DNA of 64,000 bases from Xanthobacteraceae bacterium (GCA_040510075.1 JBEVJT010000113.1:1552-65551); one strand, 5' to 3'; positions 32,034-42,409 are shown, numbered from the stretch's first letter. Program-made: numbers and translations. The notes: generated from the letters alone by a model not told the origin.

Positions 32034-32768
32034 GTGCGACTGATCGACCTCGCCAACCCTTCCCGCTTTCTTGCATTCAGCGGCCGGCTCCTGCCCTGGC
32101 TTGTCGGCGCGACGGTCATTGCCTTCGCGATAGGCCTGCCTCAAGCCTGGTTCGCTCCGGACGACTACCAGCAAGGCGCGACCGTAAAGATCATGTTCAT
32201 TCACGTTCCCGGCGCGTGGCTTGGGCTGTTCGGTTGGGCGCTCATGAGCGCGGCTGCTCTCGGCACGCTCGTCTGGCGTCATCCTCTCGCCGATGTTGCT
32301 GGAAAAGCCGCGGCGCCCATAGGGGCCGCCTTCACGCTCATGTGCCTTCTCACAGGCTCGCTGTGGGGGCGGCCCATGTGGGGTACCTACTGGGTCTGGG
32401 ATGCGCGGTTAAGCTCTGTACTGGTGCTGTTGCTGATGTATCTCGCCGTCATCGCACTGTGGCGCACGATGGATGATCCCTCCCGTGCGGCGCGTGCGGC
32501 AGCAATATTCACGCTTGTGGGCGCGATCAACATTCCCATCATAAAATTTTCCGTCGATTGGTGGAACACGCTCCACCAAGGAACATCGGTATTGCGCCTC
32601 GGCGGCCCTCGCATTCATGTGAGCCTGCTCATACCTCTGATAGCGATGCTGGTCGCGTTCACGCTCCTGTTCATCACATTGCATGTCGCCGCAATGCGCA
32701 ACGAGATCATGCGTCGCCGCATTCGCACCATGCTGATGATGCAGGCAGATGCCGCGGCAGGACGATAA
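32034..32768 (+). CDS. ccmC: Heme exporter protein CcmC
   Basis: Tryptophan-rich heme-handling motif WGRPMWGTYWVWDARL. The start is set at the GTG at 32034, the first start after the ccmB stop. The track ORF begins at 31971, inside ccmB. Confidence 0.9.
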   Translation: MRLIDLANPSRFLAFSGRLLPWLVGATVIAFAIGLPQAWFAPDDYQQGATVKIMFIHVPGAWLGLFGWALMSAAALGTLVWRHPLADVAGKAAAPIGAAFTLMCLLTGSLWGRPMWGTYWVWDARLSSVLVLLLMYLAVIALWRTMDDPSRAARAAAIFTLVGAINIPIIKFSVDWWNTLHQGTSVLRLGGPRIHVSLLIPLIAMLVAFTLLFITLHVAAMRNEIMRRRIRTMLMMQADAAAGR

Positions 32769-32769
32769 C

Positions 32770-32973
32770 GTGGAGCTTGGACCGTATGCCGCCTCCATCG
32801 TAAGCGCCTATGCGGCTGCGGTTGCGATCGTCGCAGGATTGATCCTCTGGGTCGTGCTCGACGGTCGCCGATTGCAACGCATGCTGGAGCAAGCCGAACA
32901 CAAAGGTTGGACGCGACGCTCCGCGCGCGAAGATGAAGGGGAGAGGTGTGAGCGCACCGGAAAAAACTTCTGA
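32770..32973 (+). CDS. ccmD: Heme exporter protein CcmD
   Basis: Small single-TM protein (LGPYAASIVSAYAAAVAIVAGLILWVV) starting at a GTG 1 nt after the ccmC stop. The 3' end is uncertain because it overlaps the longest CcmG ORF. Confidence 0.7.
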   Translation: MELGPYAASIVSAYAAAVAIVAGLILWVVLDGRRLQRMLEQAEHKGWTRRSAREDEGERCERTGKNF

Positions 32974-33580
32974 TATTGCGCCCGCGCCGGGGATGCGGCG
33001 CCCTGGCTGGGTCTCGCGTCTCATTGTGTTGGTACCCCTGCTCGCATTCGGGGCGCTCGCGGCGCTGTTCTTCTTCCGGCTCGGCGTGGGCGATCCATCA
33101 CGCATTCCCTCGGCGCTGATCGGACAGCCCGCACCTCGGCTGGCGCTGGCTGCGCTCCCGGGTCTCGATCGCAATGGCGTTCCCGTCCCGGGGCTCGATG
33201 CTGCAAGTTTCAAGGGAGAAGTGACGGTGCTCAATGTGTGGGCCTCCTGGTGCGTGCCCTGCCGCGACGAAGCTCCGTTTCTCATGCAGCTTGCAACCAA
33301 CTCGCGCATCCGCCTCGTCGGCATGAACTACAAGGACCAGCCGGACAACGCCCGCCGGTTTCTCGGCCAGTATGGCAATCCCTACGTTGCCAATGGCGTG
33401 GACGCGAACGGCCGCGCCGGCATCGAATGGGGCGTATACGGCGTTCCGGAAACCTTCGTGGTCGATCGCGGCGGGATTGTTGCCTACAAACTCATTGGCC
33501 CGATCACGTCCGACAATCTGGAAAAGAATCTGCGGCCGGCCATCGAAAAAGCGCTTGCCGCCCCCGCGCAGTCGTCGTGA
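32933..33580 (+). CDS. ccmG: Thiol:disulfide oxidoreductase CcmG/DsbE
   Basis: N-terminal TM anchor, thioredoxin motif WASWCVPCRDEAP, then GVYGVPETFVVD. An alternative start at 32993 (MRRPGW) would remove the overlap with ccmD. Confidence 0.92.
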   Translation: MKGRGVSAPEKTSDIAPAPGMRRPGWVSRLIVLVPLLAFGALAALFFFRLGVGDPSRIPSALIGQPAPRLALAALPGLDRNGVPVPGLDAASFKGEVTVLNVWASWCVPCRDEAPFLMQLATNSRIRLVGMNYKDQPDNARRFLGQYGNPYVANGVDANGRAGIEWGVYGVPETFVVDRGGIVAYKLIGPITSDNLEKNLRPAIEKALAAPAQSS

Positions 33581-33755
33581 TCACGCTCGGGTGCGGTCTC
33601 CGGCCGAACTCACAAACTCGCAGAATGCCGGCACGAAATGACGCGATGTGCCATACCGGCCGTGAGCAGATGCAGCGGGGAGTGCCTTGACAAATGTAGC
33701 TGTGTGCCAAGAGAGGGCATGACATGACGCCAAATGGCGCTAGGGTGCGGTGGAA

Positions 33756-35069
33756 TTATTCTGCCGCCATTGACCCAGGCGCATGCGCGCGAGAAGCGAT
33801 CTTGCGCCGAACGATGTCGATGTGACTGCGTAAATTGTATAGCTGGTCCGTGAAGGTTAGCGGAAACCGGATGTGACTGACGGCGTCTTCGATCCGTTCA
33901 ATTTCGACATTCGTATCCGGTAGAGATTTGGCATTCACATTGGCGTCGAATGAGGCCTCCAAAGCCTTGAGCTTGGCATACCAGTACGTCAGGCGGCGAC
34001 GCATGACCCACTGGTAAAACACCGGCAGAAAACGGAACGTTGGAAGCCCGATGGCGAGTCCGGCCACCAGCACTGCGATCGCTCTTTGCGCATGCACAGA
34101 GAGCCATAAGGGCAAATATCTCTGCGTCAGCGACGGCCCTGACTTGTAAAAGTCGCTGGCGGCAGGAGCGACCGGGTACTCTGGATCGGTGGCGTTAGGA
34201 AACTCACCGGCGCGCTGAAAGATATTTGCCCCACCATGCGCCTCTACCATTGCTTGCAAGAGAACTTGAACAATTTGTGGATGAAGATCGTTACGCACCA
34301 ACACCTTCACTGTAGTCCCGACGAGCACCACGTCATTGGGCGGAGTGATGCTGTCAAGATCGATCACACCTTGTGGCAGTACGAGCCGAACAAGTTCCGG
34401 GAACACACGAGTGAAAGCGTCCGCCAGGGGGAAGCTCATGAGTCGAACCTTGGGATTCCGCAACAAGGAGCTGACCGCCGGCGCATCCGGCGATCCAGCG
34501 ATCCACACGACATCCACTTTGCTTTCATTGAGTGCCGTGACTGCCGCTGCTCCTCCGAAAGGAAGCAGCGTGGTCGTCGTGGAATCGACACCGCTCCTGC
34601 CAAGGATTCGTTCCGCTGAAAATCGGGTGCCGCTTCCCACGGGGCCGACGGCGATGCGCTTGCCTTTGAGCTGTGACAATCGGTCCAACGGCTCATCCGA
34701 GGAATAGAAGATCCAAAATGGGTTGGTGTACACAATTCCCAGCGACAGCACTCCCGGCGCGCGCTCTGCGTCAGAGATGCCTCCGAAAGCGAGGGCAATC
34801 TGAACTCCGGAGTTTGGATTCTTCAGAAGCTCGATGTTGTCCACCGCGCCGTCAGTTTCGCGCAGCTTCAGCTCAACGTGAGAACGCGCAAAAATGTCGC
34901 GGTATCGCTGGCCAAAGTATGCAAACGAGGAACCTTTGAACGCCGTAGCCATCGTAACCGTCGACGGGGGCGCAGGAATGAAATAGATCAGCAGCAGCGA
35001 GATTGTGCCTACTGCAAGCACGGCCGCAGCTGATGTTTTGAAGATTTGCCTGCGACTGAATCCCAGCAT
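33756..35069 (-). CDS. TAXI-type (TRAP-associated) solute-binding-domain protein flanked by N- and C-terminal TM helices
   Basis: Periplasmic-binding-like core (GGISDAERAPGVLSLGIVYTNPFWIFY...GKRIAVGPVGSGTRF...). TM helices lie near residues 15-35 and 345-370, followed by a charged helical tail. The ATG at 35069 has an AGGGAAG SD; the track ORF starts at an upstream GTG. GC3 is clearly below that of neighbouring genes. Confidence 0.7.
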   Translation of the reverse strand: MLGFSRRQIFKTSAAAVLAVGTISLLLIYFIPAPPSTVTMATAFKGSSFAYFGQRYRDIFARSHVELKLRETDGAVDNIELLKNPNSGVQIALAFGGISDAERAPGVLSLGIVYTNPFWIFYSSDEPLDRLSQLKGKRIAVGPVGSGTRFSAERILGRSGVDSTTTTLLPFGGAAAVTALNESKVDVVWIAGSPDAPAVSSLLRNPKVRLMSFPLADAFTRVFPELVRLVLPQGVIDLDSITPPNDVVLVGTTVKVLVRNDLHPQIVQVLLQAMVEAHGGANIFQRAGEFPNATDPEYPVAPAASDFYKSGPSLTQRYLPLWLSVHAQRAIAVLVAGLAIGLPTFRFLPVFYQWVMRRRLTYWYAKLKALEASFDANVNAKSLPDTNVEIERIEDAVSHIRFPLTFTDQLYNLRSHIDIVRRKIASRAHAPGSMAAE

Positions 35070-35548
35070 GCCACTTCCCTGAGCCTCAAATCCCACCGTG
35101 ATGAAAGCAAACGGTCTATGCTACCGCGGCATGCACGCCACGAACGGCCATTTGGCCACGCGCCGAGAAGCGCAATGGATTCTCGCCGTTCATTACCCAG
35201 TGCCTCCTTCGGTCTAACCGAAAGGATAGCATATTCAGCTAACGGCAGGAGACTGCTGCGCCGCGGGATTTCCGTCGCGCCGATGTCGCTGATGGGTCCA
35301 TTCGCGACAGGCACGAGCCCGGTGACAGGGTCCTGCAATGTCTGCTGCCCCGCGAAAGCGGAAGCAAACTCAGTGTAGCGGCATCTGCCGGGGGGGACCT
35401 CGTGAATTGACGATATCGCTCGAAACGTGATTCAAGCTCCAAAACTGGAGTCTCGAAACGTACGCTACAAGCTCGGACAGAGGCTCTTTACTTCAGCCCT
35501 TATCTGAATCGGGCGCGCAATCTGGTCGATCGGTTCTTGCAGTCGGCC

Positions 35549-36193
35549 CTATTCCTCAGCCGCCGGCGCAGCGTATCTCGTCATCAATGGAAACTGCAGG
35601 GCCGCGAACAGGAGCGTGAGCGGCAGCACGCCGAAGACCTTGAAGCTGACCCATACGTCGGTGGTTTGCGTGCGCCAGACGATTTCGTTCAGCACCGCGA
35701 GCGCGATGAAAAACAAGGCCCAGCGGATGGTGAGCTTGCGCCAACCCTCCTCGGTGAGGTGAAAAACCGAATCGAAAACGGCGCCGAGAAGCGGCTTGCC
35801 GAATGCAAGCCCGCCGAGCAGCACGCCGGCAAACAGAAGATAAATGATGGTCGGCTTGAGCTTGATGAACAGCTCGTCGTGCAGCAGCAGCGTGAGCGAG
35901 CCGAAGGCGAGAACGATGAGCATGGTGAGCAACGGCATTATCGGCAGGTGGCGCGTGATCGCATATGAGACGATCAGCGCGAGCACCACAGCGGCCATGA
36001 ATACCGCGGTTGCGACAAAGATGCCGGCGCGCTCGCCCGACGTGATGCTCGCGGGCAGGAGAGGTCCGATGGCGGGGAGAAAGAGTGCCGGGCGCGCATT
36101 GGCGACGAAGAACAGCAGCAAGGGGCCAATATCGAGAACGAGTTTGAGCCCAGGATGCAGCTGAGGTTTTTTGCTGCTTGTCTTCTGCTCCAT
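35549..36193 (-). CDS. yciB: Intracellular septation protein YciB/IspZ
   Basis: Five TM helices, with [19 protein letters not shown] near the N-terminus. The ATG at 36193 follows the ftsY stop; an alternative start at 36211 overlaps ftsY. Confidence 0.85.
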   Translation of the reverse strand: MEQKTSSKKPQLHPGLKLVLDIGPLLLFFVANARPALFLPAIGPLLPASITSGERAGIFVATAVFMAAVVLALIVSYAITRHLPIMPLLTMLIVLAFGSLTLLLHDELFIKLKPTIIYLLFAGVLLGGLAFGKPLLGAVFDSVFHLTEEGWRKLTIRWALFFIALAVLNEIVWRTQTTDVWVSFKVFGVLPLTLLFAALQFPLMTRYAAPAAEE

Positions 36194-36194
36194 C

Positions 36195-37130
36195 CTATTC
36201 GACCCCCGCAACGGCGCGCGCGAAGTCCCCGGCCGCGAACGGCGCGAGGTCGTCTATGCCTTCGCCCACGCCGACAAAATGCACGGGCAAGCCGTATTTG
36301 GCGGCAATGGCCACGAGAATGCCGCCGCGCGCGGTGCCATCGAGCTTCGTCATGGCAAGCCCCGTCACTCCCGCAACTTCACGAAAGACTTCCACCTGGG
36401 AAAGCGCGTTCTGCCCGACCGTGGCATCGAGCACAAGCAGCACGGCGTGCGGTGCTGCGGGATCGCTTTTCTTCATCACCCGCACGATCTTGTGCAGCTC
36501 ATCCATCAGTGCCGACTTGTTCTGCAGGCGCCCCGCCGTGTCCACGAGGACCAAATCGGACCCTTCACGCCGGGCCTGACTGAGCGCATCGAAAGCAAGG
36601 CCTGCGGGATCGGCGCCAGGTGCGCGCGCGATCACCTCGGTGCCGCTGCGCGTGCCCCAGATCTTGAGCTGATCGATGGCTGCCGCGCGAAACGTATCCG
36701 CGGCCACCAGCATCACCGCGCGGCCCTCCGCGCGCGCTTTCGCGGCGAGCTTGCCGATCGTGGTGGTCTTGCCCGAGCCGTTGACCCCGACCACGAGCAC
36801 GACGAACGGTTTTGCGGAATCCATGCTCAGCGGTTTTGCCACCGGCTCCAGTACTTTCTCGATCTCGGCAGCAACCACCGCCTTCACTTCCTCGGCGCTG
36901 ATGGCTTTGTCATAGCGACCCTCGCCCACAGCCGCTGCAATCCGTGCCGAAGTTTCAAGCCCCAGATCAGCCCGGATCAGCACCTCCTCGATCTCGGCAA
37001 TCATTTCGTCATCGAGGCGGCGCTTGGCTACAAGATCGGTGATCGCACCCGTCAGCGAAGCGGACGTGCGTTTGAGCCCCCCGCTGAGCCGCTGCCAGAA
37101 ACTGCGCGGGCCTTGTTCGCTGTCGTTCAT
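36195..37130 (-). CDS. ftsY: Signal recognition particle receptor FtsY
   Basis: 311 aa with NG domain motifs [21 protein letters not shown] and [10 protein letters not shown]. Confidence 0.96.
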   Translation of the reverse strand: MNDSEQGPRSFWQRLSGGLKRTSASLTGAITDLVAKRRLDDEMIAEIEEVLIRADLGLETSARIAAAVGEGRYDKAISAEEVKAVVAAEIEKVLEPVAKPLSMDSAKPFVVLVVGVNGSGKTTTIGKLAAKARAEGRAVMLVAADTFRAAAIDQLKIWGTRSGTEVIARAPGADPAGLAFDALSQARREGSDLVLVDTAGRLQNKSALMDELHKIVRVMKKSDPAAPHAVLLVLDATVGQNALSQVEVFREVAGVTGLAMTKLDGTARGGILVAIAAKYGLPVHFVGVGEGIDDLAPFAAGDFARAVAGVE

Positions 37131-37156
37131 GCAGGCGCCGTGATAGCCATTTCGAT

Positions 37157-37888
37157 ATGACTTCTGAAGAGATAGTGCAGCGGCTTCTGTATCGCGACGG
37201 TCTGATGCTGGTGATCGACAAGCCTGCTGGATTCGCGGTGCACAAGGGACCGAAAGGGGGTGAGAGCCTGGAAGACTTCTTCGGTGCGCTGCGATTTGGG
37301 CTGCCGCGCGCGCCCGCGCTCGCGCACCGTCTCGATCGCGACACTTCCGGCTGTCTCGTTCTCGGCCGGCACCGCAAGGCGCTCGCGGAACTTGGCCGAT
37401 TGTTCAAGACCGGGCGCATAAAGAAAACGTATTGGGCGGTGGTGGAAGGCGGACCAGCAGATGCTGAAGGCCGCATCGACCTGCCGCTCGGCCGCAAAGA
37501 CGCGACGCGTGGCTGGTGGATGCGCCACGACCCGCAGGGTCAGTTCGCCTCCACGGCTTGGCAGATACTCGGGCGAAGCGTTCTTTCCGATCAAACTCAA
37601 GACGGCGATCGTCCCATCACCTGGCTCGCGCTCGAGCCGTTGACCGGCCGCACCCATCAGCTGCGGGTGCATTGCGCCGCGATGGGGTGGCCCGTGTTCG
37701 GAGACAGCATTTATGGAAATGCGCCGCGGCGGGGAGGCGAGCCCCTGCAGCTGCATGCGCGTGAGATCGTGGTGCCGCTTTACAAGAATCGGGAGCCGAT
37801 CACGGTGAGCGCGCCCGTACCCCTGCACATGCACGCGCGGCTGCAGGCCTGCGGCTGGCCCGGCGAGATATTCAAGCTGGTGGATTAA
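37157..37888 (+). CDS. RluA-family pseudouridine synthase
   Basis: 243 aa with VIDKPAGFAVH, catalytic HRLDRDTSGCLVLGRH and GRTHQLRVH. Confidence 0.88.
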   Translation: MTSEEIVQRLLYRDGLMLVIDKPAGFAVHKGPKGGESLEDFFGALRFGLPRAPALAHRLDRDTSGCLVLGRHRKALAELGRLFKTGRIKKTYWAVVEGGPADAEGRIDLPLGRKDATRGWWMRHDPQGQFASTAWQILGRSVLSDQTQDGDRPITWLALEPLTGRTHQLRVHCAAMGWPVFGDSIYGNAPRRGGEPLQLHAREIVVPLYKNREPITVSAPVPLHMHARLQACGWPGEIFKLVD

Positions 37889-38520
37889 TACAGTGTGGCC
37901 TTAAGCCGCTCGGGTGCAGTGCGATCGTACTCAGCCCCGTTCAGCTTGCCATCCGAGAGCTCGGCCAGGATCGTGCCGGTGCTGGGCAGGCTCTGCCGCT
38001 CCACGTGACGCGATGCGTCCCAGAGCTTCGAGCGCACGATCGCCTTGGCGCATTGGAAATAGATGCGATCGACGGAAACAATGATGACCGTGCGCGGCGC
38101 CTTGCCCTGCATGACGAAGTTTTCGATGAGGGCCGGGTCCCTGGAGATGCTCGCGCGGCCGTTTACCCGGATCGTCTCGCCGCATCCAGGAATCAGAAAC
38201 AGCAACGCCACGCGAGGATCGTGCAGGATGTTGCGCAGGGTATCGATGCGGTTGTTGCCGCGCCGGTCCGGAATAAGCAGCGTCGTTTCGTCAGCGACGC
38301 GCACGAAGCCCGGGTCATCGCCGCGTGGAGAGCAATCGAGGCCATCCGGGCCCGCCGACGCAAGGGCAAAGAAGGGAGCGGTCTCGATGAATGCGCGATA
38401 GGACGAAGTGATACGATTGGTTTCTTTTATGATCGATGGCCCGACAGGAGTGCCGTACAGCTGCGTCAGCTCGGCCATGCTGGTGATGATGTGAGCACCG
38501 TTGTCAAGATTGTTCGTCAT
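37885..38520 (-). CDS. Pyridoxamine 5'-phosphate oxidase-family (PPOX-class FMN-binding) protein
   Basis: 211 aa with FFALASAGPDGLDCSPRGD, DRRGNNRIDTLRNILHDPRVALLFLIPG..ETIRVNG and YFQCAKA. Confidence 0.8.
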   Translation of the reverse strand: MTNNLDNGAHIITSMAELTQLYGTPVGPSIIKETNRITSSYRAFIETAPFFALASAGPDGLDCSPRGDDPGFVRVADETTLLIPDRRGNNRIDTLRNILHDPRVALLFLIPGCGETIRVNGRASISRDPALIENFVMQGKAPRTVIIVSVDRIYFQCAKAIVRSKLWDASRHVERQSLPSTGTILAELSDGKLNGAEYDRTAPERLKATLY

Positions 38521-38535
38521 GGAGTTGATCCGAGA

Positions 38536-39816
38536 TTAACAGGCGTCAGGCGCGGCTGCGAGCAAGGTGCGCCCGTCATGACCGGTGATCGGCACATGCA
38601 AAATTGTACCCGAGCGGGCCGCTGCGCCGAGACGAACCGGCGTGAACTGCTCAGTACGCGCGGTTGTGGTGGATTCCACAAGCACGCGGACCGTTCGTCC
38701 GATCTCGCCCTCCAGATGCTGCTGCAGCGCGAGTGTGCCCTTGTGGCGCAAGCGCTGCGCCCGCTCCTTGATCACGCTGCGTGCAACCTGCGGCATGCGC
38801 GCGGCCGGCGTGCCGGGGCGGGGCGAGAAAGGAAACACGTGCAGGTGCGTCAAGGCGCATGCGTCGATCAGTTCAAGAGAACGAGTGAACATGCGCTCGC
38901 TCTCGGTGGGAAAGCCCGCGATCAGATCGGCGCCGAAAACAATATCAGGGCGCAACGCGCGCAGCTGCACGCAAAAGCCGATGGCATCCGCACGGCTGTG
39001 GCGGCGTTTCATGCGCTTGAGCACGAGATCATCGCCCGCCTGGAGCGATAGATGCAGATGCGGCATTAGCCGTGATTGCGTCGCAAATGCGTCGAACAGA
39101 TCCCGGTCCGCCTCGACGGCGTCGATGGAGGAAAGGCGCAGGCGTGGCAGCTCGGGCACGTGCTTCAAAATTTGCTTGACCAAATACCCGAGCCTGGGTG
39201 AGCCGGGCAGATTCGAGCCATAGCCGGTGAGGTCGACCCCGGTGAGGACGATTTCCTGATAGCCGCGCGCACAAAGACGGCGCACTTCTAGCACCACCTC
39301 GCCCACGGGCACAGAACGCGAATTGCCGCGCCCATACGGGATGATGCAGAACGTGCAGCGGTGATCGCAGCCGTTTTGCACCTGCACAAAAGCGCGGGCG
39401 CGGTCGCCGAACCCGTCTGCGAGATGGATTGCGGTCTCCTTCACCCCCATGATGTCGTTGACCAGCACCTTCTCGTGCGGCGGAGCGCCGGGATGTTCAA
39501 ACGCGCCGCCCCAGTTGCGCCACGGCGTTTCGTTCAGCTTCTCCTCGTTGCCCAGCACGAGTGAGACCTCTGCCAAGTTTGCAAATCTCTGCGGCTCGAT
39601 CTGCGCCGCGCAGCCGGTCACCACGATGGGGGTGTCGGGACGCTCACGCCTGATACGGCGTATGGCTTGATGGGACTGGCGCACCGCCTCCTCGGTCACC
39701 GCGCAGGTGTTGACGATGACCGCGTTTTTGATCCCGGCCTCTTGCGCGCGATTGCGGACCACCTCGGACTCGTAGGCGTTCAGCCTGCAGCCGAAGGTGA
39801 CTACGTCCACGGTCAT
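38536..39816 (-). CDS. mtaB: tRNA (t6A37) methylthiotransferase MtaB
   Basis: 426 aa with FGCRLNAYESE at the N-terminus, radical-SAM CDHRCTFCIIPYGRG and a C-terminal TRAM-like region. It sits next to dapF and ftsY, as in many alphaproteobacteria. Confidence 0.9.
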   Translation of the reverse strand: MTVDVVTFGCRLNAYESEVVRNRAQEAGIKNAVIVNTCAVTEEAVRQSHQAIRRIRRERPDTPIVVTGCAAQIEPQRFANLAEVSLVLGNEEKLNETPWRNWGGAFEHPGAPPHEKVLVNDIMGVKETAIHLADGFGDRARAFVQVQNGCDHRCTFCIIPYGRGNSRSVPVGEVVLEVRRLCARGYQEIVLTGVDLTGYGSNLPGSPRLGYLVKQILKHVPELPRLRLSSIDAVEADRDLFDAFATQSRLMPHLHLSLQAGDDLVLKRMKRRHSRADAIGFCVQLRALRPDIVFGADLIAGFPTESERMFTRSLELIDACALTHLHVFPFSPRPGTPAARMPQVARSVIKERAQRLRHKGTLALQQHLEGEIGRTVRVLVESTTTARTEQFTPVRLGAAARSGTILHVPITGHDGRTLLAAAPDAC

Positions 39817-39838
39817 CGCGGGCGGTTCCGGAGCAGCA

Positions 39839-40708
39839 TCAGCACACCGTATCCCCGAACAGCGCCGCGTCGAAGCGGCCCTGATACTCGTATTCCACCG
39901 GACCCATCATAAGGACGTGATCATCAGGCGTGCGCCATTCGATATCCAGATCGCCGCCCGGAACCGTGACGGTCAAGCGGCGGCCGGCGCGGGCAAGGCG
40001 GGCGGCGGCGACCGATGCCGCGCATGCGGCCGAGCCGCACGCCTTCGTCAGACCAGCGCCGCGTTCCCACGTGCGCACCGCGATATGCGACCCGGAGCGA
40101 ACATGGACAAACGAGATGTTGGCGCGTTCGGGGAACATCGAATGGTGCTCAAGGAGCGGTCCGATCTTTGCAACATCGCAGCGATCGAGGTCTTCGACAA
40201 GAAATACTGCATGCGGATTGCCCATGCTCACCGCGCAGGCGGGAGGCAATTTGGGTGCGCCGGGCGCGTTTATTTGAATATCGAGGTGCGCAGTATCGGC
40301 GACTTCGCGGGCGAGCGGGATCTCGTTCCACGCAAAACGTGGCCTGCCCATATCGACCGTTGAGGCAAGCGCGACTGCGCCCTTCCAGCAATTGAGCACT
40401 CCCGCGCGCGTCTCGAATACGAGAACGTCTTTCCCGGTCTCCGCAAACATGAGATCGGCAATGCAGCGCATGCCATTGCCGCAAGCCTCGGCCTCCGAGC
40501 CATCGCGATTATAGATGCGCACATAAGCGTCAGTTCCGGAGCTGCGCGGCGTATACAGAGCCATCAGCTGATCATATGGCTGCGAGCGCGCCGCGGCGCG
40601 GGCGTCGGCGCTCGTGATCACCCCTGCACGCGAACGCATGTCCACGACGATAATCTCGTTGCCGAGTCCATTCATTTTGGTGAAACTTCGGTCAGCGAGC
40701 GCGCTCAT
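39839..40708 (-). CDS. dapF: Diaminopimelate epimerase
   Basis: 289 aa with FTKMNGLGNEIIVVD and both catalytic Cys contexts (EACGNGMRC and ACGSAACA). Confidence 0.95.
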   Translation of the reverse strand: MSALADRSFTKMNGLGNEIIVVDMRSRAGVITSADARAAARSQPYDQLMALYTPRSSGTDAYVRIYNRDGSEAEACGNGMRCIADLMFAETGKDVLVFETRAGVLNCWKGAVALASTVDMGRPRFAWNEIPLAREVADTAHLDIQINAPGAPKLPPACAVSMGNPHAVFLVEDLDRCDVAKIGPLLEHHSMFPERANISFVHVRSGSHIAVRTWERGAGLTKACGSAACAASVAAARLARAGRRLTVTVPGGDLDIEWRTPDDHVLMMGPVEYEYQGRFDAALFGDTVC

Positions 40709-40804
40709 GGCCCGGGCTTATATGGGCAAGTTCTCAGCCTTGGCCAGTGCGCCGGGGCGCCGTCAAGTCGGCGCCGAGTGTGCCTGTTCAAGTCTGCCTG
40801 TTTC

Positions 40805-40833
40805 TTGACAGTTTTGGCCGTAGTGGCCATAAC
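40805..40833 (+). promoter_or_regulatory. Putative sigma-70 promoter of rplU-rpmA
   Basis: TTGACA (40805-40810), a 17-nt spacer, then CATAAC (40828-40833), about 60 nt upstream of the rplU ATG. Sequence match only. Confidence 0.4.
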
Positions 40834-40895
40834 GCGTGAACGCGCAAGGCTCATTATTTTTTGGCATGCTGCGTGCAATCCACGAGGGCAGAACC

Positions 40896-41279
40896 ATGTT
40901 CGCGGTCATCAAGACCGGCGGCAAGCAGTACCGGGTGGCCGCCCAGGATGTCATCAAGATCGATAAGATCCAAGGTGAACCCGGTGAGGTCGTGCAGTTT
41001 GCCGAAGTGCTGCTCCTTGGTGGCGAGAATGTCAGCCTCGGCGCGCCGACCGTGCAAGGCGCTTCGGTCGCGGCGGAAGTGGTGGAGCAGGGACGCGGGC
41101 CCAAGATCATTGCGTTCAAGAAACGGCGGCGGAAGAAGTCGCGCCGCAAGCGCGGCCATCGCCAGGAATTTACCGTCGTGCGGGTAACGGAGATTCTCAC
41201 CGATGGCTCGACGCCAAACCGCACGTCCTCAGCACGGCCCGCAAGCGCGGCGCCTGTCGAGACGAGCGGCCCGGAATAA
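40896..41279 (+). CDS. rplU: 50S ribosomal protein L21
   Basis: Conserved start [14 protein letters not shown] at the ATG at 40896. The C-terminal basic/Ala-rich extension is common in alphaproteobacteria. Confidence 0.96.
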   Translation: MFAVIKTGGKQYRVAAQDVIKIDKIQGEPGEVVQFAEVLLLGGENVSLGAPTVQGASVAAEVVEQGRGPKIIAFKKRRRKKSRRKRGHRQEFTVVRVTEILTDGSTPNRTSSARPASAAPVETSGPE

Positions 41280-41346
41280 AGCTCCGGAGACGTCTCGCGA
41301 TCGTCACAAACGCGGTCTATATAGCGCGGAACAGGAATTTCGGATC

Positions 41347-41619
41347 ATGGCTCACAAGAAAGCAGGCGGCTCGTCGCGCAATGGCCGCGACTCCCACAGC
41401 CAACGGCTCGGACTGAAAATTTTCGGGGGCCAGCATGTGCTCGCCGGAAACATCATTGCGCGCCAGCGCGGCACGAAGTGGCATCCCGGGGATAATGTGG
41501 GCTTGGCCAAGGACCACACCTTGTTTGCCTTGACCGACGGGCACGTCGAGTTCCGTACCAAGGCCAAGGGCCGCGTGTTCGTGTCGGTGCTTCCCGCCAC
41601 GGAGGCATCGGCCGAGTAA
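41347..41619 (+). CDS. rpmA: 50S ribosomal protein L27
   Basis: [29 protein letters not shown] at the ATG at 41347, giving 90 aa. Confidence 0.97.
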   Translation: MAHKKAGGSSRNGRDSHSQRLGLKIFGGQHVLAGNIIARQRGTKWHPGDNVGLAKDHTLFALTDGHVEFRTKAKGRVFVSVLPATEASAE

Positions 41620-41708
41620 ACGGCGGAAATCCGCCGGCATTCCGTTCGCCCGGCGGGTACTTGAGGCAGGACGGACGCCGGCACCCGAAATGCGCAAGGA
41701 ACCGCGCA

Positions 41709-42293
41709 ATGGCTCTGCTGGACCAGCCACAACTTTTTGTCAGGACCGGTAGCCTCGCAACCGAGCGCCTGGTCTTAAGACCGCCGGCGCTTGCAGACGC
41801 GCCCGCTCTCGTTCATTTGCTCGATGATCGCCAGATCGCTCAGAATACGCTGCGTATTCCGCATCCTTATATGCTTGCAGACGCGCGCGCCTTCATCACC
41901 TCTACAAACAAATCCGGCGATGAGCTCGTTTTCCTGATCACGCGCAAGAATGCGCTCGGCGTGATCGGCGCCTGCGGCATTGCGCGCCTGACTCATGCAG
42001 GTCCGGAACTTGGGTACTGGATCGGAGTGCCGTTCTGGGGTCTGGGCTATGCGGCGGAAGCGGCGCGTGCGGTGGTTGATCACGCATTCGATGAGCTGGG
42101 CCACGAATTCCTTCTCGCCGGCGCGCGCGTGAGCAACCCTGCTTCACGGCGAGTCCTGGAGAAATGCGGGTTCAAATGGACAGGTGTGGCGCTCGGGCGC
42201 ATCCGCGCATTGGCTGCTTCGGTCCCGATTGATCGTTTCCGTCTCGATGCCGGAACACGGAGGACAGAGAACGGAGGACCAGCGAGAACATAG
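41709..42293 (+). CDS. GNAT N-acetyltransferase (RimJ/RimL-like)
   Basis: TERLVLRPPALADAPALVHLLDD, GYWIGVPFWGLGYAAEAARAVVDHAF and NPASRRVLEKCGF. It sits between rpmA and obgE, a common alphaproteobacterial position. Confidence 0.85.
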   Translation: MALLDQPQLFVRTGSLATERLVLRPPALADAPALVHLLDDRQIAQNTLRIPHPYMLADARAFITSTNKSGDELVFLITRKNALGVIGACGIARLTHAGPELGYWIGVPFWGLGYAAEAARAVVDHAFDELGHEFLLAGARVSNPASRRVLEKCGFKWTGVALGRIRALAASVPIDRFRLDAGTRRTENGGPART

Positions 42294-42409
42294 GACATAA
42301 AAGTACGCCTGCCTGATGGTCACACACCCGCTCGGAACAAGTCAGACCGCACGGTCGAGAGCCAGTAATGCGAGTTGATTTCAGAAAATCTGGAAGCAGA
42401 ACCGAATCC

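Noticed and set aside
35498-35539. Translated motif ...ALYFSPYLNRARNLVDRF..., reminiscent of the LY.xRN.(V/I)ERFF block of IS5-family transposases, at the right edge of the lower-GC insertion
   Set aside because: Only about 7-9 residues match and there is an insertion relative to the family pattern. No DDE region, inverted repeats or continuation of similarity are present, and part of it overlaps the yciB 3' end. This is too weak to call an IS remnant. A tBLASTN/HMM search with IS5 transposases would settle it.
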